Position numbers and translations under genes: made by a program. This document shows, piece by piece, positions 57,166 to 64,000 of a DNA stretch of 64,000 nucleotides. Below the pieces are notes generated by a model. That model did not search any database. It saw only the letters and a list, made by a program, of their open reading frames with translations, and was not told where the DNA came from. This DNA comes from Carpediemonas membranifera BICM (Eukaryota; Protista; Fornicata), in the NCBI GenBank assembly GCA_019828565.1, contig JAHDYR010000017.1, positions 259,036 through 323,035 on the forward strand, written 5' to 3'. Numbering within the stretch: position 1 is the first letter of the stretch; the number at the start of each line of letters is the position of its first letter.

Positions 57166-57715
57166 GCTGCCGGCTCTTCGGGGAGGTTTGGATCGAACAC
57201 GGCGTCATGCTTGCGGAGGATCTCACGGATAGGGTCGTGTAGTTGATCAGGACATACGTCCACTTCATCGCTGAAGAACTGTGGAGCAGCTGAGGCTTCA
57301 GCGACAGGGACTGGGTCTAGGTACTTGTGGGGAGGGAGCCCTTCGGTGGTCTGGGGGTCTTCGTTGCAGTCGACGCCTGTAGGGACGAAGAGGCCCTTGG
57401 CGCTGAGGAAGCCAAGAGCTCTGAGGATATCACAACCAACGAGTATGTGATCATCGTCGCGTTCGATTACGTGGAAGGTGGCCTCGGTAGTGACCATGGC
57501 GTTGCCCGCAGATGGAAGGCTCAGACTCACCTTTGCTACGCCCTTCGTCATAAAAAGCTGCTTATTGACGTCCAACAGAGCAATTGAGACGGATGTGTCG
57601 ATCGTGGCCTTGAGGCGCTCGGCCAACAACTGCGAAATACAGCTTGGGGCGGAACCGGAATCAATCAGGATTGTCTGCGTCTCGCCGTTGACTTTCCCTT
57701 GGACGGTGAAGTAGG
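57166..57715 (-). pseudogene. Gypsy element 3 aspartic protease region
   Basis: YFTVQGKVNGETQTILIDSGSAPSCIS...ILVGCDIL. Confidence 0.88.
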
Positions 57716-59392
57716 CGTTGTTCGCGGCGAAGGTGTGGGGCATGATGCTGAAGAAGATGAGCACGCCGGATCTGGAGAGTGCGATGGGTAACGCTTTCAA
57801 CAGCATGTATGACACGGTCAGGGACGCAGGGATCAGAGACGACCTCTGCGGAGGCAACGGAGTAGCGTACAGGCGTGAGACCTTCAACATCTTCGGAGGG
57901 CACCCGTACGGCAACAGCAGGGACCTAAGCAGGGAAGAGGGCGACCGCATCCTAGTGGTCCCGGACAACGATCACTGCTATGGGATCGGCTTCGGATTCA
58001 GCGAGGTCATTAAGGGTATGAAGGGCATTCTATTGGCCCCAACCACGGTCATGGAGAGAGGAGTCACCACGAGAGTCCCCATATGGTCGATCCATGAGAA
58101 CACGACCCACATTCAGAGACTGATGTTGCAGGGAAGAGCTGGCAGGGCAGTTACTAGGGACGAGGACATCGTCACCATCGCGATGGTCTACAGCTGGTGG
58201 CCCTCAAGGGAGGATACTGCTCATCAGGGTCAGCCGGGAGTCCACGACCTGGCAGAGAGCGTCAGACGCGAGGAGAAAGCCATAGCGAACGTCAGGGCAC
58301 CCCCAGGGTATAGCGCAACCATCAGAGCGGCCTTCATCCCGAGAGACTGGGGCTGTATCAGGGTCAGAGAGGCAGGGACGACACTGGGACGGATGAAGAA
58401 GGTGGGGACCCGTATGGTGTCCACGACCATCCCGCCAGAGGATAACTGCAAGATCACCCAGAGGCCGACGGTTAAGTACATCCCGTCAAGAGATGGAAAG
58501 GAGGAGAGACCCTACACGGTCGATTACTCGGACATGGGCATAGAGGGATCTATCAGACGGCTCACCGAGATGATTGGCACGCCGGTCGGGCCAGTAGGCC
58601 GAGATGACCTCTATACCAACAACCGCCGAGCCGACGGAACCCTCAGAGACGAGAGAGAGCCCAGAAACAACGGCGTCCATCGGTGCGACAGAGAGCGCAG
58701 GGACGTCAGGCCTCATCATGAGGACAGAGAGCGCAGGGACGACGGGCCTCGCCATGAGGACAGAGAGCGCAGGGACGTCAGGCCTCACCATGAGGACAGG
58801 GAGCGCAGAGAGGTCAGGCCTCACCACGAGGACAGAGAGCGCTGGGAAGACGGGCCTCACCATGAGGACAGAGAGCGCAGGGACGATCAGGGCAGAGACT
58901 CCGGAGAGAGCAGACGCCGCTCACCCCCTCATGGGACCGGCAAGAGGAGTGGCAAGGACAGGGCGGTGAGCTACACAGGGGCTGGAAAGAGGGGCAAGCT
59001 CGACGGCGACGCCCGTTACGAGGCTGGAAGCAGACAGTCGAGTGACAGCGACGCGGAGAGGGACGAACTCAGGAAGGAACTTGATGAAGCCAAGAAGCTG
59101 ATTCTCGCACTCAGGGCCAGGGACAGCAGGGAGGGAGGAGCAGGCGACGCCAACCCCAGCACCGGCTGACACCCAGGGAAACCAGGGTACCGGCAAGGAG
59201 CACAGGGTAGTCCGCCACAAGAAGAGGACTCGGACAAAGAGGTCTCGCAAGCCGAGACAGCTAAACCAGATGGAGCTAGTGGCCCAGATCGTGTCAACGG
59301 TGATGAAGACCATGCAGCAACAACAGGGGATGGCAACCGAGAACCAGAGCGATGATGGCAGTGACAGTGGCAACTCAACGGAGACCGATTAA
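57716..59392 (+). CDS. LINE C' ORF1 C-terminal part (frameshift near 59160)
   Basis: Homologous to 39570-41130 (-): SREEGDRILVVPDN, GIGFGF, GMKGILLAP, WWPS. Confidence 0.8.
58688..58887 (+). repeat. 36-bp coding tandem repeat (DRERRDVRPHHE), about 5.5 copies
   Basis: Repeated gaggacagagagcgcagggacgtcaggcctcaccat variants. Confidence 0.9.
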
Positions 59393-59728
59393 GCAGGGTA
59401 AAGTGGTATTCTTTGAGAGTGATAGTGACAGTTGTCAGTTCTTTTCTTTTAATCCAACCCTGGCTCCCACCCAGGGTCCGGCATTAGCTGAAATGCACTG
59501 CCGGTGGGCTGTGGCGGCAGCCAAAGGGGGGGTCACGCCAATGCGCCCCCTCCTAAGTACCCTGCCCGAAGAATGGAAGGTCACCAGGTGGTAACAAGGT
59601 TGGCCTGACAAGGGTCACCGAGACCGGCATCTAGGCCCCTTGTTAGGACAAGGATAGCAGGAGAGGAGCGGGAAGCTGGGGCTCCCAAATTCTGGGAATT
59701 CGCAGGATAAGGAAACAGGACAAAGGCA

Positions 59729-62700
59729 ATGGTAACCTACAAGATACTTAGTCTGAACACAGAGGGACACATAGGAAGAGGAAAGGACTTCACGGCGTCT
59801 ATGGCAACGGCTATAAGGATGAAACTGAGCGACACAGATGCAGTATGCATCCAAGAAACGTGGAGGACGGCGAATACGAGGGTACACAACTTCATAGACT
59901 TCGACTACGCAATGGCAGGGAAGGAAACAGAGGAGGAGCTAGCTATGGACAACGAGAGGAGGAAGAAAGAAGCCCAAAGCCAGCGCCGAATAGATGCCCA
60001 GCTGGGCATAGCAGGGAGCAGTAGCCGGACGCCCAGGACGAGGGGTACTAGAGAAGAAGTGGGCACAATCATCAACCCAAGAGCAAGAGGGAGCTGGGAC
60101 GTAGGCATCACAGATAGCTTATCAGGGAGGATACAGGTGAGCATACTCAGAACCCATAGGGACATCCTGGTGATCAACGTGTATGGCCCACCGGTCGGCC
60201 ACGGAAGGGAGGAGAAGGACGAGTTCAGGGACGGAATAAGGAGCATTATGGAGATGAAAGGAGAGATGGAAACAATCATCATAGGGGACTGGAACCTCGA
60301 CCCCAAAAGGATAGCCACAATGGCAAGATGGAAGGACCTGATCAGGGACTATAAGCTGGGAGCAGTGATCCCCATGGAAGGTACCCTCACCAAGGGAACT
60401 ACCACTCCGGACTTCGCGCTGGTATCATCAGGGATCAGAGGAGCAAGGATAGAAGTACTGGATGCTAGTCGACTCGGAGTCTGGGGGTCAGCCCACAACA
60501 TGATAAGACTGGAATGGAGGGAACAACGGATCCAACGGACTACAAAGAGAGAGGAAGTCCTAGACATACCGGGCGTCAGAGTGTGGAACATGAGGAAGAA
60601 GGCTGAACGCACATCAGTCAGAAGACTGCACCGTTTTAAGAGCCTGGATGAGTGGGAGGAGGATATCAGGAAGGATATGGGCGAGCCTTCAGGTCACCCA
60701 GGCAGTGGAGACAGGGAAGAGGTCATCAAAGAAAAGGTGTGGTCGGAACTCCGGCACACACCATGGACAGAAGAGGGAAACAAGACCAGAAGTGAGATCA
60801 TGAAGCGTGAGCTACAGGCCTTCTGGGGGAAAACGCAGGGAAGAGTGGATCCAGGACCTCAGCCGGAGCGCGAAGGAAGGATACAAAGCATCCAGGTCCA
60901 TGGTGGAAGCAGCGGTAAGAAGATGGTGGTGTGAAAACCAGTTCAAGGGCATGCCAGAGAGCATACTGAAGGACGGGAAGATTACCACCAACAAGGAAGA
61001 AATAGGTAAGATCCTCCTACAACAGTATGCAGGAGTGAGCAGGGGCAGGGAACCGGAGTGGAAGGATAGAGGCAATGGAAAGAGGGAGGACGAATTTAAG
61101 GAGAGAGAAATACGAGAAGCGATCAGAAGGATAAAGAGGGACACTGCACCGGGACCGGACCACACTACAGGGGACATGCTCAGGGACACAGATGACCAGG
61201 GGATCGCTCAGATAACTAGGCTCATGAACAGGGTATACAGGGAGGGCAAGATCCCGACAACATGGAAGTATGCTACAGTCTCGGCCATCCACAAGACAGG
61301 GAAGCCCAGAGTGAAGCCGGAGTCGTACAGACCCATCTCGCTAACACCACTACTGTATAGGGTGTATGGTAGGCTCCTGAAGAGAAGATTAGAAGCAGCC
61401 ACATGGCACCTCATCCCAAGAGAGCAAGCAGGGTTCCAATCGGATAAGGACGTAATACAACAGATACAATACATCGTGCAGAGACACCAGGAAGGGGGGG
61501 GAGACCACGTCGATCTTCCCTAGACATAGAGAAAGCCTATGACACCGTCCCGAGGGACATCCTCATGGATAAGCTGCAGGGAATGGGGGTCGAAGACCAC
61601 CTCATCAGGGCAATACAGAGTACACTAGAAGAGACATGGATCTCGGTGAAGGGGGCAGGGTCATGGGAGAGAACAAACAGGGGAGTGAAGCAAGGATGTG
61701 TCCTAGCGCCGACCCTGTTCGTTTTGTTCATGGCAAACTGGCCTCACCTGGTCAGGAAGAAGCATCAGGGACAAGAGTACGATATCAGGGAACCACCAAC
61801 GGAGTTACCAAGAGCCCGGGACACGCTGCCGGCCACCCTAACCATGTTCGTGGACGATACAGCGGTCACAGGGGAGACACCGGAAAAGAGCAAGATAGTG
61901 GCGAACCTAGTCATAGAAGTTATCAAGGAGCACCTCATGAGGGCAAATGCACAAAAGAGTGAGATGATCAGTGTAGACAGGGCAGCAGTGGCGAGAGTGG
62001 GGGAGTTACCCTAATGGCAAAAGAGGAAGCTAAGTACCTAGGTCTCTGGATAGCCAGCGGAAAAGACCCACTGGCAGCCTGTATCAGAAAGAAGCGGGAG
62101 CAGAGCGAAAGGTACAAGAAGCTAGTGAGAAGAGTGGGATGGACCAGAGGCAACATGCCGGCGCTAGCCAGCAGGCTCCTCCTCGAAGTTTACATATGGC
62201 CGAGGATAATGTTTGGAGTGGAGGTGTGGGGCTACGCAGCAGGGGGGAACAAGATATGGACGGATTGGCAGGGGCATCATGGCCGGAACAGGCCCAGGTG
62301 GGGGGCTCGGTCATGCGCATCTTGAACGGATGGATGGACCTGCAAGCCCACCTGGAGATGCTAGCAGTCAAGAGGATCGTGACAAGCAGGGGGCCAGGAT
62401 ATACCAATCAGAGACAGGGTCTGGAAGGAGGGATCGATTATGTGGAAAGCCAGGGACTCAGTGAACGCACTCCTCAGAGGAACAAGAGAGGGAGCAACGA
62501 ATGCAGGGAAGATAGACTTTGGTAGGGAGATGGTAAGAATGAACTGGACCAGGAGGTGCAAGAGCAAGACAGCGGTGGGGCTCATGGAAGTCCTAGGACC
62601 CAAACGTATGGGAAAGTGCATGGCGGGGAAACCGGCCATAAGTAGGGAAGACAGGGAAGTGGCAGTCAAGGGCAGAGTGGAAAAGGATAGTGTCGGTGGC

Positions 62701-63184
62701 AGCGAATGTCAGCCCGTCTCCATCATCAGCGGAAAGGGGAGAAGGCCCAGAGCGAGCGCTGGCGGACCTGGCGATGGGTGAGGAACTCAAACACAAGATA
62801 CAAAGGAGGTGCCCCCTGTGCACAAAGGAGAGCGAGATAGAGTTACTGTGGCAAATAGCGAGAGAGCAGCCAAACCAAGCCAGGAAGCAGGCACTAATCA
62901 GGGAGTGGGTAAGGGGTCAGCCGCTGGGATCGGCGGCCCACATTATGTGTGAGTGCCCAGAGGTTGAAAGAGGAGATGACTGGGAAAAGATATGGAAGAC
63001 AGCTAAGGAGAGGACCAGGGAATTGCAAGTCAGAAGAGGCCCGAATGGGAGGTGGTATGAGAAGAGGCCAATCTTAGAGGTGCAACAACTAGTGTTAACA
63101 GGGTCGGAAGAGATATGGGAAGGACTGCGAGCTGGGCTGAGAGCCCTGGCAAAGGTCTATGATAGCTATAGAATAGATGGATAG
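59729..63184 (+). CDS. LINE C' ORF2 (frameshifted): APE, RT, C-terminal zinc-knuckle-like motif
   Basis: KILSLNTEG, CIQET, INVYGP, IGDWN, YRPISL, DIEKAYDTV, GVKQG, FVDD, KYLGL, CPLC...HIMCEC. Confidence 0.92.
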
Positions 63185-64000
63185 ATAAGAACACCACATC
63201 CAGAAAGGGGGCAGGGAAGCATAGACTCTGGGATCAAGGGGAGACCCCCATGTTTCCCAGGGGAGAGGGCAGGGCCAGGGACAGAGGAAATCCATCAATT
63301 GGATGGTTGCACCACTCGCGGTGAACCTAAGGAAACTGCAGGGACTGAGCATGGGATACGGGGGGACATGACGTCCCCGCCGCCCTTGTGAACGATAGAG
63401 GGACGCTGGGAAGTGTAGCACAAGAGAACTATCATAAGGGGTACTAGGCCTTGCAGATCTAGAGTCTGTGTTAGCCCTAACCCACGCCGCCTAACAGGGG
63501 TAGATGAGAGGGACTTAGTTGCTTTCCCCGCCCACGGGTAGGCCACTTAACAGGGTCGTGGGGGCACTGAACAGGGAATCTGGAAGAGGAGAGGGTGCCA
63601 TGCTTGAACGACCCCGTAGGGACTGCAGGGAATCAGGGAGTGCTATAGAGAAGGTCTTGCAGGACAAACCTGCCTGTGGAAGCACCGAGGACAGACCCCC
63701 AGGCTCCCTGGAAGCTGCCGGGTTTACAGGGAGACAGGAAAGCGCTCAGCGCACGGAGATGGCGAAGGCCTATGGGGGGAAGTGAAATCGGGAGTGAGCG
63801 GAAGCAGTAGCACCGAATCGCTCGTTGGACGCAGCTGACAAGTTCAATCGCAGGGGAGGAGGCAGCGCCCCGGGGAACTCGGCTCCAGTAATAAGGGAGA
63901 TCAGCCTAAGTAACCGGGGCCCGATACCAGGCACCATAAATTTTCTTTCTTTCTTTCTTTCGGACGGTGAAGTAGGATGAGTCGGGCTGTGGTTCGTCGA

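Larger units (their letters stand above)
57716..63961 (+). mobile_element. Non-LTR family C-related copy (C'), 5'-truncated just after the Maelstrom-like domain
   Basis: 15-bp TSD ggacggtgaagtagg at 57701-57715 and 63962-63976; tail cataaattt(tctt)n; ORF1 remainder and ORF2. Confidence 0.93.
51961..64000 (-). mobile_element. Chromodomain Ty3/Gypsy element 3 (3' LTR 51961-52204), interrupted by two LINEs and continuing beyond the window
   Basis: On the minus strand, PPT agggggcaaga then LTR tgtcac...ctaaca. Chromodomain (KVKWEGYDEPTYEP), integrase, RNase H, RT (YIDD), protease (LIDSGS). Confidence 0.88.

Noticed and set aside
58688-58887. 36-bp repeats as a CRISPR array
   Set aside because: They are contiguous in-frame coding repeats with no unique spacers and no cas genes, in a eukaryotic context.
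59585-59620. HCV-type IRES domain IIIe resemblance (cct-gaca-agg)
   Set aside because: Too short to be significant and not clearly present in family A; kept only as the general structured-spacer finding.
3138-63184. Numerous frameshifts as programmed ribosomal frameshifting
   Set aside because: Most lie in homopolymer runs and differ between near-identical copies (for example 10597 vs 55668, and 10899 vs 55973), which points to sequencing indels or decay.

Overview
This window is eukaryotic DNA, probably from a GC-rich protist (inference), and is almost entirely nested transposable elements. The only host-like parts are a protein kinase gene (489-1796, -) and a tRNA-Ser(CGA) gene (51535-51615, -). 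Four element classes can be reconstructed from target-site duplications (TSDs), LTRs, terminal inverted repeats (TIRs) and protein motifs. (1) Five copies and one fragment of APE-RT non-LTR retrotransposons (LINEs) with (CTTT)n/(CTT)n tails and 15-19 bp TSDs. In three divergent families ORF1 carries a Maelstrom-like DEDDh nuclease domain (DFE...E...AKG...CPYH-x6-HC[A/G]LAD), and the ORF1-ORF2 spacer has a conserved hairpin architecture. (2) Tyrosine-recombinase (YR; DIRS order, PAT-like split-direct-repeat) retrotransposons, including a 3975-bp tandem array. Related ~300-nt structured terminal modules flank the tRNA gene on both sides. (3) Ty3/Gypsy elements, mostly chromodomain-bearing. One is complete, with 66-bp LTRs and a perfect palindrome in place of a tRNA primer-binding site (PBS). 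(4) An 8.6-kb TIR DNA transposon encoding a RAG1/Transib/Chapaev-like transposase convergent with a PHD-finger gene, and carrying a probable Piwi/Argonaute gene fragment. Many single-base frameshifts fall in homopolymers and are probably consensus errors or decay. All domain calls come from motif recognition by eye; no searches were run.
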